The notes beneath the pieces were generated by a model, which worked only from the letters and a program-made list of their open reading frames with translations, was not told where the DNA came from and did no database searches. A stretch of 64,000 bases of DNA from Chlorokybus atmophyticus (Eukaryota > Plantae > Mesostigma and Chlorokybus algae). Location: the NCBI GenBank assembly GCA_009103225.1, contig RHPI01001037.1, positions 659,815 through 723,814 on the forward strand, written 5' to 3'. The translations under genes and the position numbers were made by a program. Positions 1-12,687 of the stretch are shown here, in pieces (positions within the stretch are counted from its first letter, which is position 1; each line of letters begins with the position of its first letter).

Positions 1-672
1 GCTAGCTCTTCGCCCATCGTGTGCTGTGTCCGCCCCCTCACTGCGGCTACCGCCCCGCCCGCGCGGCAATTCGGGCTATGCTCGAGCCATGTGCCATGCA
101 GGGACGTTGAGCGGCGTCAAGTGTCACACACAATGACAATGACGCCGTAGACAGACACCACACCGCCGCCACCGCCCCCGCCGCGCCGCGTCCGTGACGG
201 TTCGCGAGAGAGAACACCCTATGGATCTGATGTGGCACTGAACGTGACAATTACAGCCGGGTCATTGATACGCGTGCATTTGTACCGTCGCCGTCGGATT
301 TTGCAACGATCAGACGGCAATGGTATAGTTCCGCGTATTGCAACTTCTGTACACACGCAAGTTTCTTACCGGCATATTTTGTTTTTTGTGTAGAAGCATA
401 GGATACGGCTAAAGCTCACAACGCTTTATTGGTGTTTGCGTACAGATGTGAGTTTATTGCCTTGCAGAAGTTGAGTAATGCAGCATCCTCATGTGCCTAA
501 TGGCAAACGTTGTTGACGGGTTTAGCAAGTAGTTTATTGATGGCTTGCGTGTTCAAGTTGTGCATGTTTGTTATACCAAATCTCTCGCTGACATTGCGTG
601 CGAAAGTGACACGTGTGCTCATATACGTGTTTTGCATGCCGATGCACTTTCAACACCCCCCCCCCCCCCCCC

Positions 673-750
673 NNNNNNNNNNNNNNNNNNNNNNNNNNNN
701 NNNNNNNNNNNNNNNNNNNNNNNNNNNNNNNNNNNNNNNNNNNNNNNNNN
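673..750. other. Assembly gap flanked by poly-C (other gaps: 5572-5905, 11931-12644; single N at 27709)
   Basis: Runs of N. The three long gaps each abut a poly-C tract, and the third also abuts (CT)n. ORFs spanning them are artefacts. Confidence 0.99.
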
Positions 751-1624
751 CCCCCCCCCCCCCCCCCCCCCTCTTCACACACACATTGTATACAAATATG
801 TCTTGATGAAAAGACACATAAAGGCAAGGCCAGAGTCAGTTGATCAGTAATTGACAGTCTCGTGTGGGACGTCAACACCGATAGATAGGATCATTGAGAC
901 CACTGTGATTGGTTGGCAAGGCCGGGTCATAGTTGCGATGCAAAACCAACTTGCACCGCAAATGTTGAGTATGCTCCATATCTTCGGAATTGGAGTCTAT
1001 GCAAATTGACAATGTGGTAGCAAACACCCGTGCAAGCAAGTTGCTGTAGGCTAGCAACACCAGTAAGCACACCGAACTCTATTATTCCATATGTACATGT
1101 CTCATTGCAACATACAATGACACGCGCGCGCACAATGCCTACACTGTGGCACGCACTTTGGCTCACGCGTAGTTTTATGCTACAGCAACTTGCTTATAAG
1201 CAAGTTGGCAAGTTGTGCCCGATGATGTTGAATGTCGGATTTGCATAGGTTTTCGTTGCGTTGAGTACTCATGCATCGTAGTGTAAACACGTTATACATT
1301 ATGCTACGCACTTGTGGCAGGTGGTGTAGTGTAATTGACTTTTGTACACATACTATCTAGTGTACACGCCGACAACTTGCATTCGTGCCCAACATGTATG
1401 GGGAGCAAGGGGGGGAGCAAATGGGCACGCTGGTGGCTTAAAACGGTCGAGTTGAAGCCAGCAGGAGCTTAGAAGGAGCCTAGCCAGTGTAGCAGCAAAG
1501 TACACTGGTAAGATGGTGCAGCATCAGGCAGCCGGCTGAGCTGCAAAGCTGAGGTCGAGTTGCCCATCTGGTCTGGTGCACAGTGCACTGCAGTGAGGCA
1601 GGTTTGGCGGCGGCCGAGGCGGCG

Positions 1625-4608
1625 ATGACGGGGATGCGGCTGGCGCCGTGGGCGTCGTGGGCGGAGTGGGAGCAGGTGCGGGCGTGGTTGCGTGCTGCGG
1701 CAACGCACGCCGACGTCCGACGGGGCCTGCAGAGGGTGCGTGAGAAGACTGTGCTGATACTCCCTTCTCTCGTCCTGTTATGCCTGCTGTTGATTGATCG
1801 GTGTCACTACGTATAGTTCAGTAAGTCTGCCGGTTACTATGTGCTCGCTTTGAAGACAACGTTACTACTGCATGTGTGTATTCAGCACGCCAGCTGTTAT
1901 TAAACTCACGACAGCATGCAGTGATGGTTTTTTCATGCGAAGCAGTCACCAGGTGTGCCTGCTCTGCACTTGAACAGGAATCTACAATGTACAAGATCTG
2001 CAATGTTACGCAACTGTAGATGAAGCATGCATGTTCATGCGTGTATAGATTGCTTGCGATCCTTGAGTTTATCGTTGGCATGCAATGTTCATTCGCAACG
2101 GTGATGAAGCATGCATGTACCAGCTCAGTGCGAGAGGTAGTGCAAATCTAGCAGAGTATCATGTTGCATGCCTGTATGGATAGGCAAAGAGATTTGCTGC
2201 TTACATTTGCAGGTGGCAGCATGGCGTTGTCGGGGCCGGGTGCCGCTAGCCGTAGAGGTCACAGCTGCCTTGATGGAGGCACGTTCGCACGATCCTGGTG
2301 TCAGGTAGCGACAAGTTGGATGCAGTTAACCAATGCAGTGGAAGCAATGCCATTGCGTGATTGGTTCAAGTTCAAAAGTTTACGCACATGAATGAGCGCG
2401 TTGTCATGTCCTGTGCACTGGTGTGAGCTTGTCATGCAATTGAATAACCGTCTTAATCACGTCTTTCTGTCAATTGAAGCCCAGATTGTGAGGAAGCCTA
2501 TTCGGAAGAGATTTTGCGGCTTACTTACGCGATGACAATTATAAGGTAAGGTAGTCACTTCTTGACCCCAGCTTGCTAGTTGTGTGTACACTTGTTTGAC
2601 AACTCTTTGCTGCAACAGGCTTGTCAACGGTATTGCTGACCAATCGCAAAAGAACAAGTTTGCAGCTTCCGTCGCCTTGCTTGCGGCTAATGCCGGTTTA
2701 CCACAGCTGCTTGTGGACGCCCGGCATGGTGAAGTGCACATCGCTCCTTGTTTATAGCACTACATGCATTTGGTACCAGCAAGTAAGCACACATCAGCTG
2801 AAACACTTTGGCCGCCAGATGCTGCCCACAATGCGCTCCCATCACTGCCAAACTTGCGTGTTGCTGTCAATGAGGTACAGTTCAAGACAGCATGGTTCGT
2901 CTGCAACCTGTCCAGTGTCTAGCGTGACGCAGCTGTGGTTCGCAGGCACTGGCCTGGCTAGAGGCCTACTACTGGCAGCAGCAAGAAGGTGCTCTAACTG
3001 ACATCAATAAAACAGTTGAGGGAGCTTTGCAAGACTTCTGCAACGCCTTCCACAGAACCTCAATGGAGGATTCTCAGGATTCTCAGCATCAGGAGGAGGT
3101 TGGTGGAGACTCGGGTAATTTTTGAGCCATTCAGGCTTGGGCTGCACCACATGCTTTTACACATGTGACTTTGCTTGCGACCAGTGAGAACCCATTGACA
3201 GGTGTATTGACGCAGATGCAAAGACCATGCGCATGGCATTGAGCATTTGCAAGCTTCATGGCGCTCAGCTGGGACGGACAGAGCAGTTTGCTGCAATGGC
3301 GGCCGACTTCATTTTGCATGACGCAAAAGGTTGATCAAAGTCCTGACCTTCAATGTTCTGCTCACATTGTGCGCACGGATCGCTCTTTCTTCAACACAAC
3401 GTACACAAATGGTTGAGTTTGCGTTCTGTAGGTGACACCAGCCTTGCAGTAGCGGAGATGTTTCGCCGACTTGAGCAAGACAACAGACGCGAGCTGCCAA
3501 GCGCATTCTGCGGTCAGCTACTGCATCGGATGCTTGCAGCCATTTCGAAGCAGCATTCCACTGAAGCAGCTGACTGTCAGCGCGTTTCACACCAGTTGCT
3601 CAGAGCCGCTGTGAGCACTTTGTCTTCAGGCGCCGAGGTAGCATACCCGCTGCAGCTTGACATTCTCAAGACCGCTTTGCAGCTTCGCAACATGCAATGG
3701 TACATGGCATCGTGCGTATATTGCAACAGCACGTGAAGATGCACTGCTTCCTTCACATGTATCAAGTAGGGTGACAAAACTGTTGTGTGTTTCGCAGGAT
3801 TCCTTCTGAGCTAGTCGAGGAACTTGTGACGGTGGTGGCTGGGCCGGCTGCAATCAAGCATCGTGTAGTGTCTCTATGCCGCCTGTCAAGTCTACAACCT
3901 AACGCAGAGGACCACACGCTCAATACAACTGCTGCCAGCACTGACGCAGGTGAGAATCAGTTTAGCAATTACTCAATGTTGACGGTTGCAACATGCAAAG
4001 GGAGTCCTAAACCTGTCAAGAAGCAACATTGGTTGGCTATGGTAGCCTGCCAATGTATACGCAAGCACATTCTGCTCAGTGCATAGGCGTGTCTAATGCA
4101 GCCGTTGTGAATAGAGGCGGCCTTGGAGGCAGCTAAGGCGGTGCACACACAGCTGCTCGACAGCGCGCGAGCCAATCAGAAGGCACAACAGCAAGAAGTG
4201 GCTACAACAACAAGCTCAGAAACATGCGTGCCATGGCGGTTGAGCAAACTCTGGCGGCCTTGTGCGATTGGCATGCTCCCATCTCCCTACACCTACAACG
4301 GCACGCTGCCAGACTTTGGTGATGAGGACGATGGGGCTGAACTGGGCGATGGTGGTGCGGAGCACGTAACGATTGATGCGAATGTCTCTGTCGTGGCACA
4401 ACTCCAACAGGCGCAGACAGTGATGGAGTGCGATGCAGAAATGGCAGTGTGTGACCCAAGAGCTGCTGAAGTGCGGCAGAATGACATTTTGTGTGATGAG
4501 GCTGTTGGCACGCCGGGCATGCGGCTGTTTCTGGGCACCGCCTGGTGCCAGCTGTCACCTGCCGACATCAAGCGCATCCAGCAGGCGGTGACACGAACAA
4601 TATGTTGA
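1625..4608 (+). CDS. LAS1: Las1-like HEPN endoribonuclease (pre-rRNA ITS2 processing), multi-exon
   Basis: Spliced reading gives MTGMRLAPWASWAEWEQVRAWL..LQR|VAAWRCRGRVPLAVEVTAAL..ILRLTYAMTIIR|LVNGIADQSQK..GLPQLLVDARH|DAAHNALPSL..|ALAWLEAYYWQQQ. The HEPN RxxxxH motif is RHDAAH. The C-terminal motif WRLSKLWRPCAIGMLP precedes the stop at 4608. Intron 1 is 1736-2212 (GT-AG). Central exon boundaries were not all resolved. Confidence 0.9.
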
Positions 4609-6399
4609 TTGGTGCATTTGTGTGCACAGGGAAGGTTGCCACCAGTTTGCACATGGGTAAATGTCAGTTTCGCAGGGTTGTTGTCATGCACACGCAGCAA
4701 CACGTTAGTTCATGCAGTCAAGCTGAGTGGAATTGTCTTGATGAACGGTGGGTCAGTGTGTAAAGATCTAAGACACTACTCGACACATGGCAGTGTGGTT
4801 GTGTTGCGATGGTTTGACATTCAACCTTTTTGCCCATGTATTATGAGAGTCTCTTGGAATAGTTTGTAGTCAAATCACAGACATCCTGCCGATGGTGACG
4901 TTAGGACTTGCAACATTTTTCATAGCATTAGTAAGTGCGCCTTAACTTGCTTGCAACAATTTTAATGGATGTACGTTGGTTTGCATAGGTGTTATTGCGG
5001 TTATGTCTACGGTAGACAAACCTTTGCCCATACGCACTCGTATGATCTGTCGATAAAGACTTTCTCGCCACACTTCAATGTGGACAAAACATAGCAAAAC
5101 AAACTAGGTACCATGATGATAAGCGTCTTCATTGACCCACGGTCTGAAGTGGGTCGGTCAATGTGATTGTCTTGCAGTATTCTGCATCAAATTGGCATTT
5201 GCGTATGTAATTGCTGTCACAATCACCACCTTAGTGTATAACAAAAGGAATGCGGAATTCGTGCATGCAAAGTTACACATGCCATGTTCACATGTTAGCC
5301 GACAGCAGCACAGTCGCCACACTCACCAACCACGCAGTCAAACACAAACCACGCTAGTTGGTAACTATTTCATTGTTCCACCTATCGCTCACCCACCTAC
5401 TAACCATCCCCGTTAGTCATGCATGCACAGCCATCAATTGTATCACTATGCATGCTCACTGAGAAAACTGACTGGCAGTCAGTCTGTTTTACTTGCCCAC
5501 ATGGGCGCTGTTAGTCGGTGTTGCAGGCTCAGCAGCAGCAAGACAATTCCCTTCCTCTCCGCTCTGCCCCCNNNNNNNNNNNNNNNNNNNNNNNNNNNNN
5601 NNNNNNNNNNNNNNNNNNNNNNNNNNNNNNNNNNNNNNNNNNNNNNNNNNNNNNNNNNNNNNNNNNNNNNNNNNNNNNNNNNNNNNNNNNNNNNNNNNNN
5701 NNNNNNNNNNNNNNNNNNNNNNNNNNNNNNNNNNNNNNNNNNNNNNNNNNNNNNNNNNNNNNNNNNNNNNNNNNNNNNNNNNNNNNNNNNNNNNNNNNNN
5801 NNNNNNNNNNNNNNNNNNNNNNNNNNNNNNNNNNNNNNNNNNNNNNNNNNNNNNNNNNNNNNNNNNNNNNNNNNNNNNNNNNNNNNNNNNNNNNNNNNNN
5901 NNNNNTTGCAAACTGTTATTCTGTGCCCCCCCACTTCTCCTTCACTCTGCGCTCAACTCTAGCGGTGTAACCCTTGCATTGCGTTTGGTTGCCGCGGACA
6001 AGTTTTGCTACGATGTTGTCAGTGTACCGGCCCCGCGCGGTCTGTCGGCGTTAAACACGACACGCCGACAGTGGTTTTGGTTCGCGCCGGCGCAAATCCG
6101 CGGCACAGCGCAGCACTCGCGCGGTACTGCGCTGTGCCGCGGCGCTGCAGTGACACTGTACTCACTGTGACAACGTAGGCCACGTGTTCTGTAGTCTTGA
6201 CCGCGGCCTCTGCCTTATTCTCTTCGTGCCGTCGGTTAAGGATTTGTAGCCATCAATAATTGTTGATCGACGGCCCTGCGCGCTCAACAGCTTTGGTATA
6301 GCGCCTTTCACGCCTGTCAAGTGAAAATGCGGCCGGTAATTCGTCCTGCGGCAATCGACTGCCATGGTGATGGCGGGCAGGGCCCCTCTGCCCCGCCCC

Positions 6400-7781
6400 T
6401 CTGCCTTGCCCGTCAACCAGCGACTGTCCGGTCTGACCAGTCGGAGAGCCAAGGCCGTTTTCCTTGTTGCCTGGCAATCGCGGTATGTCGCCCGATGCGA
6501 CGCGGTGACAGTTGTACTCACGAGATTGCCATGCATGTCGACGTTGACACGCGCGTTGTGACCGAATTTAGTTGTTGTATGTCATTTGACCGGCGTGGAA
6601 ACGCGTTGTCTGTCGACCAATTGCACATCGAACGCAGCCAACGTGCGAGAAGCTGGAGGCCTGCTGGAAGACCGCTCACTCAAACGCAGTTTGTGCAGAC
6701 TCATCAGAAAAGAGCTGTCAAGAATAGCAGCACTCTACTTGCGTGAGGGTCAACAGTTAGTGCTTGCTGGAGGCAGCGACCTCAACCACCTGAAGGACAA
6801 AGCGATAGTGGTAAGGAGAGAAGCAAAGGTGACATTTAATTTTGTGGATGACTACGCATGCAATTATGCGCATGCAGACTCACGAGTCTGGTTGCACGCC
6901 GTTACATGCCAGCAGCAAGCCGTGCTGAAGTTCTCGCCAAACACCGACACCAGCCTCATAGGGATGGGTGCTATCGAGCAAAAGGCCAATGCTATGCAAA
7001 AGAGAGTTTACATGCAGTTGACTTCCAGCGGCAGCAGCAGCAACAGGACTCCTTACCTAGACATCACTAGTGTGTACGCACACTCTCAGCAGAGTATCTC
7101 AATTGAGGCTCGTAGCAGTTGATCAGCATATTAAAGTTTTTGTTGGGCTTTTACGTTAGAACTGGAAGCGATTACACATTATACTTTGCTAGCATCTCCA
7201 AGCACTACTTCTAAACAAAAATCATGGCCAACGAATTAACATTCATCACACGTGTGCAGCAAGCATGCAATGATGATCTCACACCAACCTACCTTGGGTT
7301 GATAGGCTGCGCTTACATCATGAAGCACAAAAATTGCTTCCTTTCCACCAGCAGCGCCACAGCCCGCTTCCATGACACATGCGGTGCAAACGCTGTGCCT
7401 GACTCTATCTGCAGCCTCACACCATGGCTGCAAAAGATTACACAGCAGATTTGGGATAAGACAGCGGACAACAAGGATGACATGCCGTCTGTCACAGCGT
7501 TACTGCAACATTGCAAACGCTCGTCGTGGGTAGCAGGTATGGGGTGGAAAATGTGCCAGCACACCATCACAGTTCCCCCATTTGAGGAACACGGATGCAC
7601 TCATTAGGTTGGAGTTATCAAGGCGGTTATGGACACACCGGACGCTATGGCAGCAGCACGTTAAAGGGCATCCATGATCCTTCATTGATGCTTATGTAAG
7701 CAGACACAATGCAGAGGCAAATAATGCAAGTGCAAAAAAAGTGGCTAGACATGCACAGCAGCATGCTCATGCGTATGATGC
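6400..7781 (+). mobile_element. Decayed AcademX-like DNA transposon fragment (XPG/FEN1-like nuclease plus Cys cluster)
   Basis: HADSRVWLHA (6871-6900), FSPNTDT (6931-6951), H3TH-like YVRTGSDY (TGSDY 7161-7175), MPSVTALLQHCKRSSWVA, and the Cys cluster CLCKQTQCRGK*CKCKKSG*TCTAACSCV*C (7689-7781). Frameshifts and stops are present and the ends were not found. Confidence 0.65.
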
Positions 7782-9203
7782 GAGTACATTAGCACACCAT
7801 AAAGCACCAAGGCTGGCGTGGACCCAGCAACATTTGCAGCCGCCAACACTGAATTGGACACAGCGCATGGTCAGAGCACGTCACCGATCTGCCCTCAAGT
7901 GACTCAGAGCTGCATGTACTGTGCAGGAGGACACTGCATGGCTTGACCACCTCTCCGATACAGACCTCATTCTATAAACATTCCAGTCATTGAGTATCAC
8001 AGATGAACAGTGAGACCACACTTTTTTTCAAAGCGGAAGAAGCCGCAGCGTCGTCGCTGAAGTCACCACAGAGGGTGGGCATGCCACTCTTTGTTGTGGC
8101 CGCCAAGCCATCTACATATGGCTCACACTATTCAAAAGCACCGTAACGCCGACGCAAATGTTAACCACAGAGGGTGGGCAAGCCACTCTCTGCTATGGTA
8201 ATAAAGCCATCTACAAGTGTCGCAAATAATGCACGCAACAACAGATATAGCTAGTGACATGCATAGGCCTTAATTGTACATAGTCATGCGCTGGTTCACT
8301 CTGTATACATGTTCAACTTTGCATAGCCCTTTTGCACACACAAAGATGCATGTGCGCATGCGTTAGCAACAGAGTGAATCAATCAGCCCAACTTAATTTC
8401 GCATGTACACAAGCGTATGCAGCAACAAAGTAAAATTGAATCCCGTATGACAGATTAGCAAACGGTTTGTAATACCTTGTGCTTGAATGGCCCTAGCTGA
8501 GTGCGTTAGACACCATTCTGCCTCCGCCATCAACTCTTGTTTATGCACAAGCACTCAGTGGCCGGCTTCATGCCCATCATTCTGCAATTTATACAAGCGC
8601 AAAACAGGGGAACGACCAAGGCCAGTGTGTTCCACAACACCTTACATGCCTTCAGCACATGTATACTCTAGGGCTTGACTGCCATCCATATACACCTGCT
8701 GCAGATTATCAATTCAACACCGCCAGCCTACGGTCCCGCCAGCCATACCGCCGCCCTCCTCGCTACCCATATCGCCGCTTACGTCGCTGGCACATGGACA
8801 ACAACGGACCCGCCAGTACGAAACCCTAACACTTGCGCTTTGGCGATGGCGGAAATGCACGTAAACACGCGTCTCAAAAGGTCAACATACGCCGACATAA
8901 AATATTCCAGATGCGACGACTAACGGCTTGTTAACGTCGCAGATCGCTGTCAGCCGTTTCAAGCAACCGACATGAAAGCCCTTCAAAGTCGAAATCAACG
9001 GCGAGAGACCACACGTCACCGTCGATTGACATCGATGTGACCCGACGTTCAAGCAGCAAGGATAGCAGGGGCAAGTTGCGTTGGCTGTCCGACTGTGAAA
9101 GTCGTGAGCGCTGTGCTGTAAGTAGTGTCGTGTTGGCGGTTCGGTTCAATTCAAGTGTGTATGTATGAACATGTTATATTGCGTGCTGTTGTATCTGGTG
9201 CTT

Positions 9204-9503
9204 TTTCACCTCCGAATCCGTACTACCAAAAAAGCCTTTGTGAATGAGGCTTGATTTGCAATAGATTGTATGTACGAGCCTTCACCCCCGCCCAAACACT
9301 TAGTTAGAGCACTTAGCCCATCATGCCCGTGCTCTTGTCTTTATACAGCTTGTGCTTGTGTACCTTCTGATTTCACCTCCTGATCCGTACTCCCGGCAAG
9401 CCTCTATAAATGAGGCTTGTTTTGCGACAAATTTTTTATATGCGCCTTCACCCCCGTCCAAGCCTTAGACTTAGCTAGAGCACGTAGCCAAGCATGCCCG
9501 TGC
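9204..9503. repeat. Diverged direct duplication, ~130-bp units with 167-bp period
   Basis: 9204-9332 and 9371-9503 share tttcacctcc..atccgtact..aatgaggcttg..gccttcacccccg..tagagcac..catgcccgtgc. Confidence 0.8.
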
Positions 9504-9544
9504 CCTTAAAATTAATAATTCTTTTTGTTCGCCTACCGCTACCG

Positions 9545-9580
9545 CTTGTGCTTGTGCTTGTGCTTGTGCTTGTGCTTGTG
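9545..9580. repeat. (CTTGTG)6 microsatellite
   Basis: Read directly from the sequence. Confidence 0.95.
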
Positions 9581-9669
9581 GTGTGCTTGCACTCTTGCAT
9601 CTGTATACATGTATTGGAAAGCCCATGTCCCGGTGCCACCCAACCCATGGTAGACCAAAAGGCGCATAA

Positions 9670-9707
9670 AGCGCAGCCTTTGCAGAAAGGCTGCGCTATG
9701 ACCAAAA
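9670..9707 (-). terminator. Pol III T4 terminator of the tRNA followed by a perfect 12-bp hairpin
   Basis: AAAA at 9704-9707 reads TTTT on the minus strand directly after the tRNA. The hairpin is agcgcagccttt-gcag-aaaggctgcgct at 9670-9697. Confidence 0.75.
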
Positions 9708-9780
9708 CGATTCCACTGGGGATCGAACCCAGAATCTCCAGCTCCGTAGGCTGGCGCCTTATCCATTGGGCCATGGAACC
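9708..9780 (-). tRNA. tRNA-Arg (ACG)
   Basis: The minus strand reads GGTTCCATGGCCCAATGGATAAGGCGCCAGCCTACGGAGCTGGAGATTCTGGGTTCGATCCCCAGTGGAATCG (73 nt). The anticodon stem CCAGC/GCTGG flanks CT-ACG-GA, and the T-loop is TTCGATC. Confidence 0.96.
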
Positions 9781-10351
9781 TTTTCGACTGAATGTTGTAA
9801 TTATTATTATAATACATAGTATACAGACCTTAAAGCATGCTGCATGCGTAACGTCAAGTGCCGCCGCAAGCTCATTTGTATGCTTGTCCGTTGCGCGCGA
9901 TGATGTATAACACATCTCTGTGTATGCTGTGGCCACTGAATAAACATAGCACCGCGCCGCGACTGTCTGACTGAGTGTTGCATTGCCATCTTGGTGACTT
10001 CGCCACGCCAAGTCTTCGTCCTTGGAACCACACATGTGACGAGAGCCTCCTCATCCCAAAGGTCAACCCGCACACAACATCCTCTTGCGCCAGCAGGTTG
10101 CCACCTTACGCTGCAGACTGGTGTTTTTCCCTTCCGTGCCTTCATTGCGCAAAGTAACAAATAAAAGAGTAATGTTGACCTGGGAACCGTTTTTATATCG
10201 CTTTCAAAAAGGGTTGTAGACAGCTGAAGCTTGTATATACCCTTGTAACTACCCAAGTGGCTCTTAACATACGTGGTGTGTTAGTTTGTTGCATTGACGA
10301 GCAAGGTTGTTGTGTTTGCTTCATCCTGTGTGTGTGTTTGATGTTTCAGCC

Positions 10352-11776
10352 ATGGGGAAGCAAATCATGTGTCAGCGCATTGGCTGCGATGCCCTGTTCG
10401 ACCCGACAGGCGAGAACCCCACAGACGCATGCCAATATCATCCTGGGGTTAGCGAGCTATTCATGTTGTTTATGCTTGAATCAAGCGCCAGCACTTGCAC
10501 AGTCACTCACCGCGCGTTACATGTGTGCATTTGCGCGTGTTGGCGATGCTGTACGACAGCCGGTAAGCAGATGGCTGTCTGGAGGTTGTTTGAGTCGGGG
10601 ATGCCTGTCTTACCTATGCTCTTCCTGCATACGCACAGCCTCTGTTTCACGATGGTAACAAGGAGTGGAGCTGCTGCAAGCAAAAAAGCTATGACTTCAG
10701 TCTGTTCATGCAGTTGCCGGGGTAAGACATGGCAGATTGATGGTTGCTGCACACACACATAGCCGCGTGCAAGCATTGATATGGCTTCATACGCATGCGA
10801 TTGTACGCACGCAAATGTCAAGTTGTAAGCTCTTTATCGTTCTTGATGGCATACATGCACTAGTTAGGTGTTCAGTCCAGCAGTGTTGCAAACTGTTATT
10901 CTGTGTTTCTGCCTTGTGCATATGTGCCGCCTACACGATGAAGGCTGCTCAAAAGTGATGTGTTGTTCAACTTCCAGTTGTCAGAAGGGTCCGCACTCGG
11001 CAGAGAAGCCACCGAAGCCGGAGCCGAAGCCCGTTTCCATGGACAGCAAACTGGCGGCTGTGCGGTTGAACGACAGCAGCAGCAAGCCTGCTCAATTGCC
11101 AGCTAGCAAGCCTTCTTCCTCGAGTTTGGACAAGAGCCAATGCCAGCGCTGCCGGCAAGGCTTCTACTGCTCAGAACACGCCGCTGTACCAGGTACATCG
11201 TCATGTGCGACAGTTGAAAGCTGTTCAGTAGCGTTGAGATCAGTGATGTGAACATGGTAGTTATACATAAGAGTGTGTGTGTGTGTCATAGGGGTAACAT
11301 CTGCAGGTACAGAAGCATCCACGACTGGCGTGTCCCTGAGGGTATCAACTACACCTTTGCCGTCATTATTCAGTAGCCACAATGATTTTTGTGAAGGCAG
11401 TGCTGGTTTAGTTGAGCCTAAAGCGAAGAAAGAAGGACAGCCCGTTGTTGCCACTAATCAAGGTGGTCATAGTGCCTCATCAGAGGTGGACTTGGATGCG
11501 CAGCGGGTGTGCCGAAATAAAGGCTGCGGTGCAAGCTTTACCGAGCGTGAGAACAGCGACACCACTTGCAAGTATCACCCGGGGCCCGCAGTGTTTCACG
11601 ACCGCAAGAAAGGGGTAAGTGAATGGGGTTGGAGTGCAAGGAGGTGTTGTGATCTGCTGAGGCTATTAATTCTTGATTTCGTGCTGCAGTGGGCGTGCTG
11701 CAATGTGCATGTTAACGACTTTGACGAGTTCATGACCATCGCACCGTGCACAGTCGGCCGCCACAGCGCTGGCTAG
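10352..11776 (+). CDS. RAR1: RAR1-type CHORD-I / CCCH / CHORD-II zinc-binding HSP90 co-chaperone
   Basis: CHORD-I: CQRIGCDALF..ACQYHPG|PLFHDGNKEWSCCKQKSYDFSLFMQLPG|CQKGPHSAEKP. Plant-type linker motif CQRCRQGFYCSEH. CHORD-II: CRNKGCGASFTERENSDTTCKYHPGPAVFHDRKKG|WACCNVHVNDFDEFMTIAPCTVGRH. No CS domain follows. Introns 10448-10638, 10722-10977, ~11193-11306 and 11615-11689 are in phase. Confidence 0.93.
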
Positions 11777-12644
11777 GCCTGCAGGAAGGACAACTTGTAC
11801 TGGTTAAGGCTGGTGCGGTTGCAACCATCATCCACATGTGGCACTACGCATGTAGAATATTGGTTTTACTGTGCAATGGTGGTGTTCTGCCGAATTGAGT
11901 AGTACAATAACAACCGTAATGTTGCCCCCCNNNNNNNNNNNNNNNNNNNNNNNNNNNNNNNNNNNNNNNNNNNNNNNNNNNNNNNNNNNNNNNNNNNNNN
12001 NNNNNNNNNNNNNNNNNNNNNNNNNNNNNNNNNNNNNNNNNNNNNNNNNNNNNNNNNNNNNNNNNNNNNNNNNNNNNNNNNNNNNNNNNNNNNNNNNNNN
12101 NNNNNNNNNNNNNNNNNNNNNNNNNNNNNNNNNNNNNNNNNNNNNNNNNNNNNNNNNNNNNNNNNNNNNNNNNNNNNNNNNNNNNNNNNNNNNNNNNNNN
12201 NNNNNNNNNNNNNNNNNNNNNNNNNNNNNNNNNNNNNNNNNNNNNNNNNNNNNNNNNNNNNNNNNNNNNNNNNNNNNNNNNNNNNNNNNNNNNNNNNNNN
12301 NNNNNNNNNNNNNNNNNNNNNNNNNNNNNNNNNNNNNNNNNNNNNNNNNNNNNNNNNNNNNNNNNNNNNNNNNNNNNNNNNNNNNNNNNNNNNNNNNNNN
12401 NNNNNNNNNNNNNNNNNNNNNNNNNNNNNNNNNNNNNNNNNNNNNNNNNNNNNNNNNNNNNNNNNNNNNNNNNNNNNNNNNNNNNNNNNNNNNNNNNNNN
12501 NNNNNNNNNNNNNNNNNNNNNNNNNNNNNNNNNNNNNNNNNNNNNNNNNNNNNNNNNNNNNNNNNNNNNNNNNNNNNNNNNNNNNNNNNNNNNNNNNNNN
12601 NNNNNNNNNNNNNNNNNNNNNNNNNNNNNNNNNNNNNNNNNNNN

Positions 12645-12680
<36 letters not shown>

Positions 12681-12687
<7 letters not shown>

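Noticed and set aside
1-250. GC-rich stretch with ORF 47-250 (minus strand)
   Set aside because: There are no motifs or splice-supported frame. It may be the UTR or promoter of a gene outside the window.
510-878. ORFs crossing the poly-C/N gap (likewise 5423-6170 and 11844-12807)
   Set aside because: They are open only because of N runs and show no recognisable protein.
8066-8215. Two ~50-bp similar units 99 bp apart, considered as a CRISPR-like array
   Set aside because: There are only two diverged copies, the context is eukaryotic, and there are no cas genes.
8675-9149. ORFs 8675-8923 (+) and 8931-9149 (-)
   Set aside because: They have a coding-like composition but no assignable motif, and are possibly TE debris.
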